A DNA stretch of 64,000 nucleotides, taken from a virus. Shown in pieces: positions 7,754 to 17,068 of the stretch. How positions within the stretch are numbered: position 1 is the stretch's first letter; every line of letters starts with the position of its first letter. The notes below the pieces were generated by a model. That model made no database searches. It was given only the letters and a program-made list of their open reading frames with translations, and was not told where the DNA came from. The stretch is taken from positions 68,778-132,777 of IMG/VR virus record IMGVR_UViG_3300010371_000028; one strand, 5' to 3'. Both the position numbers and the translations under genes were made by a program.

Positions 7754-9772
7754 TCAGGCGGCGCGGCCGTTGTCGGGCGCCCAGAAGCCCGGGTCGACGC
7801 CGGGCGTGGCCCACACACCGTGGGTGATCTTCACTACGTGGCCGGAGGCGCGGTCGCGCTTGAGGGCCTGGGACACGGTGGAGTTCTTGAGTCCGAGTGC
7901 GGTGACGATTTGGCCGGAGGTCACGGGTACGCCGCGGCGGGCGAGGTAGGCGCGGATCGCCTCGCGGGCGCGCTGGGTGTCGAGGGCGTCGTTGTGCCGT
8001 GCGGCAGCGGGCGAGCTGACCGGAGCCGGCACGGTGCCGGGCGCGGTGTCGCCGGCTTCCTCCGCGTCCTCCTGGGTCGCCGCAATCGCCTCCAGGTGCG
8101 CGGTGGTACCGGCGGAGGCCCAGTCGTAGACGACGTTCTCGTCTGCGCAGAACGTCCGGAACAGCGCCGGCTTGACCGCGCCGAGGATGTAGCCGAGACC
8201 GAAGGTCGGCGACTCGTCCGAGAACATCTTCGGAAGCTTGCGCGGGTCGCCGGGCAGATCCGGGAACGCCCCGGCGGTAATCGCCTCGGTGGTACGCAGG
8301 CACACGATCGACATCGCGGCAAGCAGCGGGCGGATCGTGAAGGAGTTGCCGAGTTCGGCGATCGAGGGCACCTGGGTCACCAGGCGCAGCCGGATCCCGC
8401 ACTTGCGGCCCATCTTCAAAATGAACTCGACCATCCGCTTGATCTGCTGGTCGGCCAGCAGCGCGGGCGCTTCCTCGAGCGTGATCGAGAGCAGGGGCAT
8501 CGCGGCGGTCGGGGTGAAGTAGCTCACGCCCTTGCGCTGCCTGCCCTTCGAGTCGGTCCAGATCCGCGCGGACAGTTCCTTGTTGCGCGCGAGCATCTCC
8601 CGGTAGGCGTCTTGAATGAGGGCGCGTGACTCGCCCAGGTTGCGGGCGAAGCGGTCGACCTGGTCCTGCCAGTCCGGCAGCGACTGGCCTTCCTGCGGGT
8701 CGCAGATCTGCGAGACGATCAGGTGGTTGCCGTCGGCGTCGAGGGCGTGTCGCTCGTTGATCAGGGCGTAGTCGATGTACCGGGACTTGCCGGCGCCCGA
8801 CGCGCCGCACACGATCTCATGCCAGGCGCCTGAGCCGGGCTGCCAGAACCGGATCTGGGCCGGGGACAGGTCCGCGCAGCGCCCGACGGTGGCGACGCCG
8901 GTCGTGATGTCGATGGTGGGGCCGGGGAACGGGACGAGTTCCTCGAGCGGGTTGCGGTGGAAGATCGTGAGGATGCCCTGGTCTTCGCGTTGGTTCGTGA
9001 CGGGTTCGACCTGGATGTTGAAAATGGAGGTGCCGCGGGTCGCGGCCATGCGCTTGCGGGCCGCCTCCAGGTTGTCGATGGTGTGCTTGTCGCCGTTGAG
9101 TTGGATGTGCAGGCGGGTACGGTGCGCGCTCGCGTCGACCTCCCCGAGCAGGCGCGCGCCGGTGAGGGGTCCGGATTCGGAGGCGAACTTGCCGAGGAAC
9201 CAGGCGGTCACCTCGGCGCGCTGCGCGGCGAACTCGTCGACCGGTTCGGGCTCGACCTGCGGCGACGGTAGGCGCCTGGCTCGGCGGCGCCGCACGAGGT
9301 GCCGGGCGGACCAGGTGCCGGAGGTCGCGGCGGTCACGGCGGTAAGCGCATCGAGGGCGAAGACGCTCGCCGGCCCGGTCGCGCACGCGATCACCAGCCA
9401 TGCGAGGGACAGCGCGTACGCGCCGGCGTAGTAGGCGCGGCGGGTTGCAGAGGCGGCGGCGATCCGGCTGGACTCGCTGTTCGCGCGGGCGTAGAGCACC
9501 ACCCCCGCGAGGATCACTGCGGCCCAGAGCAGCGGCCAGCCGACCACAGTGCCGTCGACCAGCCCGGCCGTCGTCTCAAGCCCGGCCGCGCCGAGCGCGG
9601 GCGCGAACTCGGCCGGGTGGTGCACTGCGGCAATCACGCCGCGCTTGGCGAGGCGGACGGCGGCGATGGCCGCGTCGTCGAGCATTTCCCCGGCCTTGTC
9701 GGTGGCGCGCTCGCTGAGCGTGGCACGCCGGGCCTTGCTGCCGGGGGGCAGGTAGCCGTCGCGGTCGGTCAT
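7754..9772 (-). CDS. traB: TraB conjugative dsDNA translocase (FtsK/SpoIIIE family)
   Basis: N-terminal TMs, Walker A GASGAGKS, Walker B LSITLEE, GRKCGIRLRLVTQ, C-terminal wHTH; GAAGGAGG RBS. Confidence 0.9.
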   Translation of the reverse strand: MTDRDGYLPPGSKARRATLSERATDKAGEMLDDAAIAAVRLAKRGVIAAVHHPAEFAPALGAAGLETTAGLVDGTVVGWPLLWAAVILAGVVLYARANSESSRIAAASATRRAYYAGAYALSLAWLVIACATGPASVFALDALTAVTAATSGTWSARHLVRRRRARRLPSPQVEPEPVDEFAAQRAEVTAWFLGKFASESGPLTGARLLGEVDASAHRTRLHIQLNGDKHTIDNLEAARKRMAATRGTSIFNIQVEPVTNQREDQGILTIFHRNPLEELVPFPGPTIDITTGVATVGRCADLSPAQIRFWQPGSGAWHEIVCGASGAGKSRYIDYALINERHALDADGNHLIVSQICDPQEGQSLPDWQDQVDRFARNLGESRALIQDAYREMLARNKELSARIWTDSKGRQRKGVSYFTPTAAMPLLSITLEEAPALLADQQIKRMVEFILKMGRKCGIRLRLVTQVPSIAELGNSFTIRPLLAAMSIVCLRTTEAITAGAFPDLPGDPRKLPKMFSDESPTFGLGYILGAVKPALFRTFCADENVVYDWASAGTTAHLEAIAATQEDAEEAGDTAPGTVPAPVSSPAAARHNDALDTQRAREAIRAYLARRGVPVTSGQIVTALGLKNSTVSQALKRDRASGHVVKITHGVWATPGVDPGFWAPDNGRAA

Positions 9773-9804
9773 CGCCGCCTCCTTCTCTTCTCGTCGTGAA
9801 CGGG

Positions 9805-10953
9805 TCAGTCGCCGGCGGGAAGCGCGCCGACGGTGACGGTGGGCAGTGCCATGTTCTGGGTGCTGGCGACGCCGTAGAACTGGCCGTCGGCACCGCCGTG
9901 GCCGGTGGCCATCGCGGCCTCGGCATGCGGCATCTGGTGGGTGTTGACGGTGTCGAGCGCGGCGACGGCGGCCTCGTGGTAGCCGGACGCTGCGGTGGAC
10001 ATGTTCGCGGCGATCGCGGCGAGGTCCTGGCATCCGGCGGCGAACGCGTTCGCGAGTTCCTGGTACGCGCCGCCGGCTTCGTGGAGCCGGTGGTATGCAG
10101 CGGAGGTTTCCGCGTCCACGTTCAGGACCGCCATGGTGGCGATCGCCATCTCGACGGCGCCGGTCTCGTCCTCGATGCGCCGGGCGGTCTCGCCGGCGAA
10201 TTCGGCGGCGGCGATCGTGGAGGCGGAGGCGGCGAGGGCGTCCTCGGATTCCATTCCGGCGAATGCGGCGGCCTGGCCGGTGAACCCGACGAGGGATTCG
10301 AGGTCGGTGATGTCGGCGGACGGCATCGGGGGGTACTCCTTCAGCGGGGGAACGAGGGTGAGGTGGCGCGGGCCCGGCGTGGGCGCGCCGTCGAGGTCGT
10401 GGTCGAGAGGTTCGGCGACGGCGTAGGTGTCGTCACCCGGGTCATCGGTGTCGTCGACGAGTTCGGCGTCGGTCCAGTCGATGACCCCGGACTCGGGTCC
10501 GGAGCTGGGCGGGGCCGTGGCGGTCGGCCGGTCCGGACTCGGGCCCGGTTCCGGGGCTGTGGCGCGCGGAGTCGGCTCGACGGCGTCCGGGCCGGTCATG
10601 TCCGGGCGGCTGCGAGCGGTACGGCGCGTATACGCCAGGCCGGCGCTGCGCCCTCCGGCGCGCCCGGCCCGGTAGACGCGCACGCCGCTGACCCAGCCGG
10701 CGACTGACGCGGCGGTGCCGTCACGACGCGCAGCCCTGGCGCGGCGTACGGCCCGGCGCCCCAACCTGTGGCCGCGGGCGAACGGGGCGCTGCCGTCGGC
10801 CCCGGTCAAGTCCGTGTCCGGCGATCCCGGGCCGGGTGTTGCCGTGGCGGGCGCGGGGTGGGCGGGGCGCAGGCTGGCGCGGACGCCGGAGAACGCACCC
10901 GCGCCCAGCGTGACCATGTAGTAGCCGAAGATGGCGTCGAAAAGATCCGGCAT
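9805..10953 (-). CDS. TraA-like accessory transfer protein
   Basis: Directly upstream of traB; Pro/Asp linker plus Ala-rich helical C-domain. Confidence 0.5.
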   Translation of the reverse strand: MPDLFDAIFGYYMVTLGAGAFSGVRASLRPAHPAPATATPGPGSPDTDLTGADGSAPFARGHRLGRRAVRRARAARRDGTAASVAGWVSGVRVYRAGRAGGRSAGLAYTRRTARSRPDMTGPDAVEPTPRATAPEPGPSPDRPTATAPPSSGPESGVIDWTDAELVDDTDDPGDDTYAVAEPLDHDLDGAPTPGPRHLTLVPPLKEYPPMPSADITDLESLVGFTGQAAAFAGMESEDALAASASTIAAAEFAGETARRIEDETGAVEMAIATMAVLNVDAETSAAYHRLHEAGGAYQELANAFAAGCQDLAAIAANMSTAASGYHEAAVAALDTVNTHQMPHAEAAMATGHGGADGQFYGVASTQNMALPTVTVGALPAGD

Positions 10954-10962
10954 CGTCTCCCC

Positions 10963-11544
10963 CTACACCAGGTGTTGGACGAGCGGGACGATGTGGCTGG
11001 CCATGCCCGCGTACACCCAGGAGGCGCCCTCGCCGAAGTAGCCCGGCACGAGGGTGAAAACCATCGGGCCGAGGAACATCAGCACGTCCGCGCCGCCCTG
11101 GTGGGCCTTGCCCTCGAGGACGTCGCCGAGCAGGTGCAGGCCCTTGTGCAGCGCGATCAGCGCGATGAGCGCGACGCCGACGTTCGTGACGTCCTGGCCG
11201 ATCACGGGCAGGTGCCGGGTGCCGGCCTCGATCAGGCGCGAGACCCACAGCACGAACGAGCCGATGAACGTGCCGGACGCGGCGACCCCGGCAACGCCGA
11301 ACAGCAGGAACGAGCACCAGGCCAGGGCGGTGCGGACGTGCCGGAGGGTCTTGACGGCGCCGCCGGAGCGCTGCACGAGGCTGCGGCGCTCGATCGACGC
11401 GGTGATGCTGGGGGTGCGGCGGCGCAGGAACAGGGCGAAGATCAGGCACAGGACGGTCACCCCGAGCAGGGACATGCTCGCCTGCGTGCGGGTGAGCGCG
11501 GACTGGGCGAGGGGGGCCGCCGCGGTGACGGCGATGTGGTTCAT
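10963..11544 (-). CDS. Multi-TM membrane protein (Spd-like)
   Basis: About four hydrophobic helices; GAAGGAG RBS. Confidence 0.6.
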   Translation of the reverse strand: MNHIAVTAAAPLAQSALTRTQASMSLLGVTVLCLIFALFLRRRTPSITASIERRSLVQRSGGAVKTLRHVRTALAWCSFLLFGVAGVAASGTFIGSFVLWVSRLIEAGTRHLPVIGQDVTNVGVALIALIALHKGLHLLGDVLEGKAHQGGADVLMFLGPMVFTLVPGYFGEGASWVYAGMASHIVPLVQHLV

Positions 11545-11569
11545 GGGGGCTCCTTCGGGGGTTTGAATT

Positions 11570-12064
11570 TCACTGGTTGGTCGGGCTGGTTTTCTGCTGT
11601 TCTTGCAGGTCGCAGGCGTGACTGTCCTGCAGGGTGCCGTGAATTTCACGCGTGAAATCGGGCGCGCCGGCCTTGCGTCCGGGGCACTGGCGGCGGTCTA
11701 GGAGGGCCACGAGCGCGCCGGCCGCGGCGATGGTGGCCGGCGCGCCCTCGATGGCTCGGATCCGGTCGAGGTGCGCCATGAACAGGGCGTGCAGGCGCCT
11801 CTCGGACCGAGCCGCGGCAACCGCTTTGCCACGGAGGTCAGGGGAACTGATCGTGGCCGTCACGGTCGGCGTCCCTTCCAGCCGTGTCGTGTCGGCGTGG
11901 CGGGTGACTGGCGCGACGGCGACGGGGTGACGCCACGGGTCCGGCGACACGTGCCACCGGCCGACGACACGACTCGCGGTTCTGACACGCCTCGGCATTG
12001 CGCCGGGGGTGTCGCGTGCCACGTGCCGCAGGTGGCGTGTCCGGGTGCCCGTGTCGTTCGTCAT
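11570..12064 (-). CDS. Hypothetical protein (start may be GTG 11863)
   Basis: ATGA overlap with upstream stop; alternative start with GGAAGGG RBS. Confidence 0.4.
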   Translation of the reverse strand: MTNDTGTRTRHLRHVARDTPGAMPRRVRTASRVVGRWHVSPDPWRHPVAVAPVTRHADTTRLEGTPTVTATISSPDLRGKAVAAARSERRLHALFMAHLDRIRAIEGAPATIAAAGALVALLDRRQCPGRKAGAPDFTREIHGTLQDSHACDLQEQQKTSPTNQ

Positions 12065-12621
12065 GCGACACGCTCCTTGTCGGTCGTGTCGTCGCCACCC
12101 GTGGCGCTCGCGGCGTTCTGCCGGTCGCGGCTGCGGGTCTTGCGTACGAGAACGTCGTCGACCTTCACGCCGACGACCCCGAGCGCTTTGACGATCTGGG
12201 AGGCGGCGCGGCCGGGCAGGAGCTGGTCTGCGTTGCGGATCGCGTCGGCCTTCGACATCTCCGGCCATGCGCTCACTGTCTCGGTCAGCTGTGCCACATC
12301 GGCGTCGAGGTTCTGCATGGGCAGGTTCGACACGACACGTGCCGGACGGGGACGTGTCGCCACGGTGGGCTTGGGTGTGGCGGCCGGCGGGACCGTGGCA
12401 CGGGCAGGCGTGTCCGTGTCGTCGGTTGTGTCGTTGCCGCGTGTCGTGTCGGCGGGAGCCACCGTGTCGGGTGTCGTGTCGCCGGCCGTGGCAGTGGCGC
12501 AGGGCGCCGTGGCGTGGCGCGTGTCGGTCGGCGTGCCGCCGTGTCGGGGTGTCGCCGTGTCGGCCACGCGTGCCATCCAGGGCGATGGGGTGTCGAGGGT
12601 CGCGAGATCCGATGCGTGTCG
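11884..12621. repeat. Dense array of GTGTCG/CGACAC hexamers (24 copies counted)
   Basis: 19 forward and 5 reverse copies counted by eye in about 740 bp, spanning two ORFs. Confidence 0.85.
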
Positions 12622-13416
12622 GACGGCTGCGATCTCTTGGATCAGCCGGTCGGTGCGAACCCTGTCGTGCGCTGCGCCCGAGACGCGCACGGCGGCGCGC
12701 AGCTTCCGGTTGACGCGCCGGCGCCGCTTGCCGGCGAGGAGCCAGCCGTTGATCGACGCGAGCCGGTCGGCCAGTTCTACGGCGTCGTCGAAGGCGTTGT
12801 TCTGCTGGATCTCCAGCGCGGTCTGGTCGGCCGCGGTGACGCCGAGCGCGGCGAGGAACCGCTGCTGCGCACTCTGCTTGATCTTGGCAAAAACACCGTC
12901 GGCGTCCTTGCCTTCGGCGGCGCGGCGGGCGCGCCGCTCGGGGACCATGCTGCGTTCCCACAGCCACGCGGCCACGAGCGGCGCGCCGAGGCGCACGAGG
13001 GCTTCCTGCGGAGAGGTGGCCTCGGTCGCCGACATGAACCCTGAGGCGCATGTGAGGACCCAGACGGCGAGCCCGTCGGCGCCGGCGTGGCCTTCGCGGG
13101 CGACGGCTGCGCGGGCACGGAGCGCGGATGCGAGCACCGCGATCTCCATGAACGCGAACAGGACGGCTTGGATCCAGACCGGCAGGTGCATGGTGCGGGT
13201 GAAGAAGTGCCACATGCCGGTCGCGGCGACGGAGGAGGCCATGGCGGCGGCCACGACGGTGAGGGTGTCGGCGGCCTTCTTCCCGCGCAGGGAGCGGGTG
13301 GCACGCCAGGCGAGGATCGCGGCTGCGATCACAGCGGCGCCCGACGCGGTAGCGAGCACCGGTACGGGGACCGAGTGGACGAGGTCGCCGAGCCGTTCGG
13401 TGGGTGTTGCGGTCAT
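12061..13416 (-). CDS. SpdB2-like / DUF2637-like spread protein
   Basis: N-terminal TM helices, Thr/Asp/Ala repeat linker, C-terminal HTH-like segment; GAAGGAGG RBS. Confidence 0.7.
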   Translation of the reverse strand: MTATPTERLGDLVHSVPVPVLATASGAAVIAAAILAWRATRSLRGKKAADTLTVVAAAMASSVAATGMWHFFTRTMHLPVWIQAVLFAFMEIAVLASALRARAAVAREGHAGADGLAVWVLTCASGFMSATEATSPQEALVRLGAPLVAAWLWERSMVPERRARRAAEGKDADGVFAKIKQSAQQRFLAALGVTAADQTALEIQQNNAFDDAVELADRLASINGWLLAGKRRRRVNRKLRAAVRVSGAAHDRVRTDRLIQEIAAVRHASDLATLDTPSPWMARVADTATPRHGGTPTDTRHATAPCATATAGDTTPDTVAPADTTRGNDTTDDTDTPARATVPPAATPKPTVATRPRPARVVSNLPMQNLDADVAQLTETVSAWPEMSKADAIRNADQLLPGRAASQIVKALGVVGVKVDDVLVRKTRSRDRQNAASATGGDDTTDKERVA

Positions 13417-13505
13417 GGGTCTCGCCTCCTTCAGTTGGCGTCGGGCGTATCAGGGCTCAGTGTATAACCCGTCATACGTCTTTCGGGGGTGGATATGATC
13501 CGGGC

Positions 13506-13856
13506 GTGGAGCGTGAGGAGATTGAGCGCGCCGCGGAGGCGCTACTCGCCGTCTCCCGCGCCGATGAGCGGGAGCGCGCGGAGTTCGTACGGGCTTTGAA
13601 GCAACGCGCCGAGGCGATCGCAGATGACCGTGAGCGTCTCGATAAGACTCATTCGCTGGTTCGGTTGATGTTGGACGCGATCCCGGCGCTCTCGATGGTG
13701 CGTCATCTCGCGCTGGATCGTCTGCGTGCGCAGGCGGAGGCCGAGGGGGATCCGGAGCGCTGGTCGCACGGAGTGGTGGCGAAGCGATTTGGGATCACGC
13801 GGGCGAGCGCGCAGACGATCGCGAAAGGGCCGCGCGGAAAGGCTCCCAAGGGTTAG
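13506..13856 (+). CDS. Small regulator with C-terminal HTH, divergent from spdB-like gene
   Basis: WSHGVVAKRFGITRASAQTIAK. Confidence 0.65.
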   Translation: MEREEIERAAEALLAVSRADERERAEFVRALKQRAEAIADDRERLDKTHSLVRLMLDAIPALSMVRHLALDRLRAQAEAEGDPERWSHGVVAKRFGITRASAQTIAKGPRGKAPKG

Positions 13857-13972
13857 AGCATCACGCGGGACTGTGATTGCGAGCATCGTGTTCGCCTCCT
13901 CGGCGTGGTCGTGGTCGGTCGTTTGGTCGGTGGCGTCGTGGCTTGCCTTGCGGTGCGCTTCGGCGGGTCGGG

Positions 13973-14143
13973 TCAGAGGCGGAAGCTGGCGCCGTTGCGG
14001 CTCTTACGTCGCCGCCCGGTCTTGGTGCGTCCGGTGAGCGGGATCGCTTTCCAGGCGCGGAATCGGCCGGCGCGTTCGGCGATGTCGAGGTCGACGCCGC
14101 GGCCGGGGCGCCAGTTGAGGCTGATTCTGGGGAGCGGGCTCAT
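13973..14143 (-). CDS. Small basic hypothetical protein (56 aa)
   Basis: MSPLPRISLNWRPGRGVDLDIAERAG..., read from sequence. Confidence 0.45.
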   Translation of the reverse strand: MSPLPRISLNWRPGRGVDLDIAERAGRFRAWKAIPLTGRTKTGRRRKSRNGASFRL

Positions 14144-14144
14144 G

Positions 14145-14288
14145 TCAGCGCCGCCGGCCGTTGTCGCGGGCGGTGGGCATGTCGCTGTCGTTCTCGGCGG
14201 GTGCCGGGGCGGCCTCGACCTCGATCCAGCCTTCGATGTTGTCGCTGTCGGTGGGTGTCTCGGCCGGGGCGGTGGTGTCGGTGGTCAT
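14145..14288 (-). CDS. Small hypothetical protein (47 aa)
   Basis: AGGAGA RBS; GC3-rich. Confidence 0.45.
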   Translation of the reverse strand: MTTDTTAPAETPTDSDNIEGWIEVEAAPAPAENDSDMPTARDNGRRR

Positions 14289-14313
14289 GCGGGTCTCCTG
14301 TCGGCGTGGGTGG

Positions 14314-14562
14314 TTAGGCGTGCGGTCGCAGGTTGGTCGGCGCCCGGTTCTCGCGGATTTCGGCGATCCGGTCGGCGACGGCTTCGAGGAGGTCGGCGTA
14401 GTCGCTGCTGTCGAGCGTGATGGACTCGGGCCAGACCTCGATGTGGGTGCCGACGCGGTCGACGTCGGCGATGGTGGCGTGGGTGCCTTCCTGCGCGATG
14501 ACGCGGCGGGCGAGGTCGGTGACGAGCGCCGGGTCGGGCCGGTGCGGGCTGCGAGTCGGCAT
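14314..14562 (-). CDS. Hypothetical protein
   Basis: ATG 2 nt after upstream stop. Confidence 0.5.
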   Translation of the reverse strand: MPTRSPHRPDPALVTDLARRVIAQEGTHATIADVDRVGTHIEVWPESITLDSSDYADLLEAVADRIAEIRENRAPTNLRPHA

Positions 14563-14564
14563 GG

Positions 14565-14765
14565 CTACTCGGTCCACTGGCGCACGTTGAAGTGGGCGCC
14601 CTCGTCGAGCAGCCCGGCGATGTGCTTGACGGCGAGCATCTCCTCGCCGTCGCGGAAGTGCTTGGGCTCGCCCTTCGGGGTGCCGATGTTCTCGGCGGTG
14701 TCGGGCTGTTCCCAGTCGTACTCGCTGGCGTCGCCGTCGAACTCGGTGATGATGATGCGTGCCAC
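14565..14765 (-). CDS. Hypothetical protein
   Basis: GGAGA RBS; ORF track. Confidence 0.6.
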   Translation of the reverse strand: MARIIITEFDGDASEYDWEQPDTAENIGTPKGEPKHFRDGEEMLAVKHIAGLLDEGAHFNVRQWTE

Positions 14766-14774
14766 GGGGGTCTC

Positions 14775-14975
14775 CTAGAGGCTCGGGAAGGACGGGATGT
14801 CGCCGTTTGTGGCGCGGGCGGACGCCTCGTATTGGGCGCCGATCGTGCAACGGGAGTCGCTGTTGTCGCCTCCGCACTCTCTGCAGGACGCGTCGTGCTT
14901 GGCGAGGGCGAGGCTGGCGTACTCGCCGGCGGTCAGGTCGAACGAGACGCGCGGCGGCGGGATCACGTCGCGCAT
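14775..14975 (-). CDS. Small hypothetical protein with Cys/His
   Basis: TGATG coupling; H-x2-SCREC...RC. Confidence 0.55.
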   Translation of the reverse strand: MRDVIPPPRVSFDLTAGEYASLALAKHDASCRECGGDNSDSRCTIGAQYEASARATNGDIPSFPSL

Positions 14976-15412
14976 CAGCGGTCTCCGATCGGGAAGCGGG
15001 CGGTGACGCGCTTGTGCCCGGAGTCGCGGCGTACCGCGAGGACGGCGCCCATCGCGGCGATGATGGCCAGGCCCCGGCCGGACTCGGTCTCGAGGTCGAA
15101 CGCGAGCGCCGGGTCGGGGCGCGGGATCAGCTGCTCGGGGTGGGAGTCGGTGACGGAGACGATGAGCGCGGTCGCGGTCAACGTGAGGGTGAACCGGTCT
15201 GCGCCGCCGGCGTGCCGCAGGGCGTTGGTGGCGAGTTCGGACGCGGCGAGGATCGCGGCTTCGGCGATGGACGCGGGGGCGTGTTGCCGGACGAGGTCGC
15301 GGGCTTCGCCGGGTGCGGCGGGCGCGGCGATGGAGTAGCGGTGGCTGGCGGGCTGTACGGAGCCGCCTGCAATTGCCGATGGCGTTTGCACGAAGGGCAC
15401 GAACATCAGCAT
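14975..15412 (-). CDS. ATP-binding protein (HATPase_c, RsbW/anti-sigma-like)
   Basis: SELATNALRH, VTD, ESGRGL. Confidence 0.85.
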   Translation of the reverse strand: MLMFVPFVQTPSAIAGGSVQPASHRYSIAAPAAPGEARDLVRQHAPASIAEAAILAASELATNALRHAGGADRFTLTLTATALIVSVTDSHPEQLIPRPDPALAFDLETESGRGLAIIAAMGAVLAVRRDSGHKRVTARFPIGDR

Positions 15413-15717
15413 GAACCGCCTTCGCGCATCGCGGTACCGGTCTTGGGCGCGGCGCCCCTGCGGCCCTCGATGACCTCGACTTTGTCGGCGGGAACGAGTC
15501 CGACGGTGGCGGGCTGCTGGGTGGCGGCGTCGAACCGGACGGGGATCGCGCCCGAGTATTCGACGGTGCCGTGCCCGTACGGGGTGCGGACGCGGGTGCC
15601 GGCGGGGATGGGCTGGGCTTCGAGGCGGGCGTATTCGAGGACGAGGGCGCGGCGGGTGGTCCGGTCGGTGTTCTCGGACAGGATCTTCGTGAGGATCGTG
15701 GACTGGCGCGCGTTCAC
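15406..15717 (-). CDS. Hypothetical protein (KOW/SH3-like C-half)
   Basis: IPAGTRVRTPYGHGTVE; GTGA coupling. Confidence 0.55.
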   Translation of the reverse strand: MNARQSTILTKILSENTDRTTRRALVLEYARLEAQPIPAGTRVRTPYGHGTVEYSGAIPVRFDAATQQPATVGLVPADKVEVIEGRRGAAPKTGTAMREGGSC

Positions 15718-15986
15718 GGCCGGTGCCCGTCGGTCTCGGGACGCAGGATCGCGATGCGGGCGTCGGCGACGATCGACCAGGGGCGGGTGTCGCCGGGGTC
15801 GTCGATCGGCGCGACGATCAGGTTGGCGATGGAGGCGTGGTGCTCGTTCTCGACCAGGACGGGCGCCGCGACCGCGCACCAGGTGCCGGAGAGCGCGACG
15901 ATGTCGCCGATGCGGAGGCGGGCGGCCTTCGCCTGGGTCATGTGCAGGCCGGCGAGGGTCGGCGCGGGCACGGTCAGGGTGGTCAT
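15714..15986 (-). CDS. Hypothetical protein
   Basis: ATGA coupling; AARLRIGDIV. Confidence 0.55.
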   Translation of the reverse strand: MTTLTVPAPTLAGLHMTQAKAARLRIGDIVALSGTWCAVAAPVLVENEHHASIANLIVAPIDDPGDTRPWSIVADARIAILRPETDGHRP

Positions 15987-16327
15987 CGTGCCGCTCCCGT
16001 CTCGTTCGGGACGAGCCACAGGCCGGCGCCGCCGTGCAGGATCACCTGGTCGTACTCGGGCAGCGGCACCGACTGGTACACCTCGACGCGCAGGCCGTCG
16101 ATCACGGCCTCGGTCGACCAGGTGCCCATCCACACGCCCGCCTGGATCTCGTGCGGGGCGTGCTCCTCGACCTCGGCGTGCAGGGCGTTCGCCCAGGCGC
16201 GGATGTCGGCCGGGTTGTTCCCGGCGAGCGTGAACGCGACGGTCGCGGGGGCTGTCGGTCCGTAGGCCGGGGTGAGCGTTACGGACAGGACCGGCGGGAG
16301 GCCCGCGATGTCCAGGTCGCGGATCAT
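15983..16327 (-). CDS. Hypothetical protein
   Basis: ATGA coupling. Confidence 0.6.
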   Translation of the reverse strand: MIRDLDIAGLPPVLSVTLTPAYGPTAPATVAFTLAGNNPADIRAWANALHAEVEEHAPHEIQAGVWMGTWSTEAVIDGLRVEVYQSVPLPEYDQVILHGGAGLWLVPNETGAAR

Positions 16328-16551
16328 GCGGTCACCGGCTCTCCGGCGTTCGCCCGGGTCGCGGTGACGGCGCGCACGATGTTCGGCAGTGCCGCCGTGA
16401 GCCCGAGCTCGATGTGCGCAAGGAGCAGCGCCAGGTAGTAGCCGGGGTCGGCGGCGGCGTTCTGGATCCGCCGGATCACGCGCTCGGCGTGCTCGTACTC
16501 GGCGTCGGACGGGACGCGCGCGGCGGCCTCGGCCTGGTCTACGCTGGACAT
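16324..16551 (-). CDS. Hypothetical protein
   Basis: GAAGGAG RBS. Confidence 0.6.
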   Translation of the reverse strand: MSSVDQAEAAARVPSDAEYEHAERVIRRIQNAAADPGYYLALLLAHIELGLTAALPNIVRAVTATRANAGEPVTA

Positions 16552-16625
16552 GTTCGCTCCTTCTGCTGCTCGCTAGAGGTTCGGACCCCGCCCGGTCGCT
16601 GTTGCTGCAGCGTCCGGGCTTTTAC

Positions 16626-16684
16626 GTGCCCTGCCGGGAATCGAACCCGGGCCCCGACGCCTCCGGAGCGACTGGGTGCGGGCC
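16626..16684 (-). ncRNA. tRNA T-arm-like element in structured intergenic leader
   Basis: CCGGG-TTCGATT-CCCGG followed by CAGGGCAC; acceptor pairing only about 4 bp. Confidence 0.4.
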
Positions 16685-16809
16685 AGACTGATCCCGCAGC
16701 CGCATGGAGTGCGTTCGCGACGTTCGCCAGAACGAGGGCTTGCTGGTGGTGCTGGTTGGTGCCGGGCCCCGTCCGTGGACGGTCGCGCACGGGGCCCGGC
16801 GGTCTGTGG

Positions 16810-17058
16810 TTACGCGGCGGCCGGGACGACCAGGCGACTGCGGATGTACGGGGCGTAGGAGGAGTGGGGAATGCGGTAGCCGCGCCGCGTGCCGATGCGA
16901 ATGACGCCCTGGATCTCGCCATTCGCGATGGCGGCGTAGATGGTTGCCGGCTCGACGCGGACCTTCGCCGCGAACTCGCCGACCGTGTAGAAGCCGTCCG
17001 TGTCGGACGGCCCTAGTGCCGTGTTCTCTGCGAGGTCCATGACTTCAGTCTGGGCCAC
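16810..17058 (-). CDS. Excisionase-like HTH protein (HTH_17 type)
   Basis: FYTVGEFAAKVRVEPATIYAAIANGEI...IRIG...YRIP. Confidence 0.8.
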   Translation of the reverse strand: MAQTEVMDLAENTALGPSDTDGFYTVGEFAAKVRVEPATIYAAIANGEIQGVIRIGTRRGYRIPHSSYAPYIRSRLVVPAAA

Positions 17059-17068
17059 ATCTTTTACT

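Noticed and set aside
16810-17058. Inferring an integrase/att system from the xis-like gene
   Set aside because: No tyrosine or serine recombinase in the window; such HTH proteins can be pure regulators
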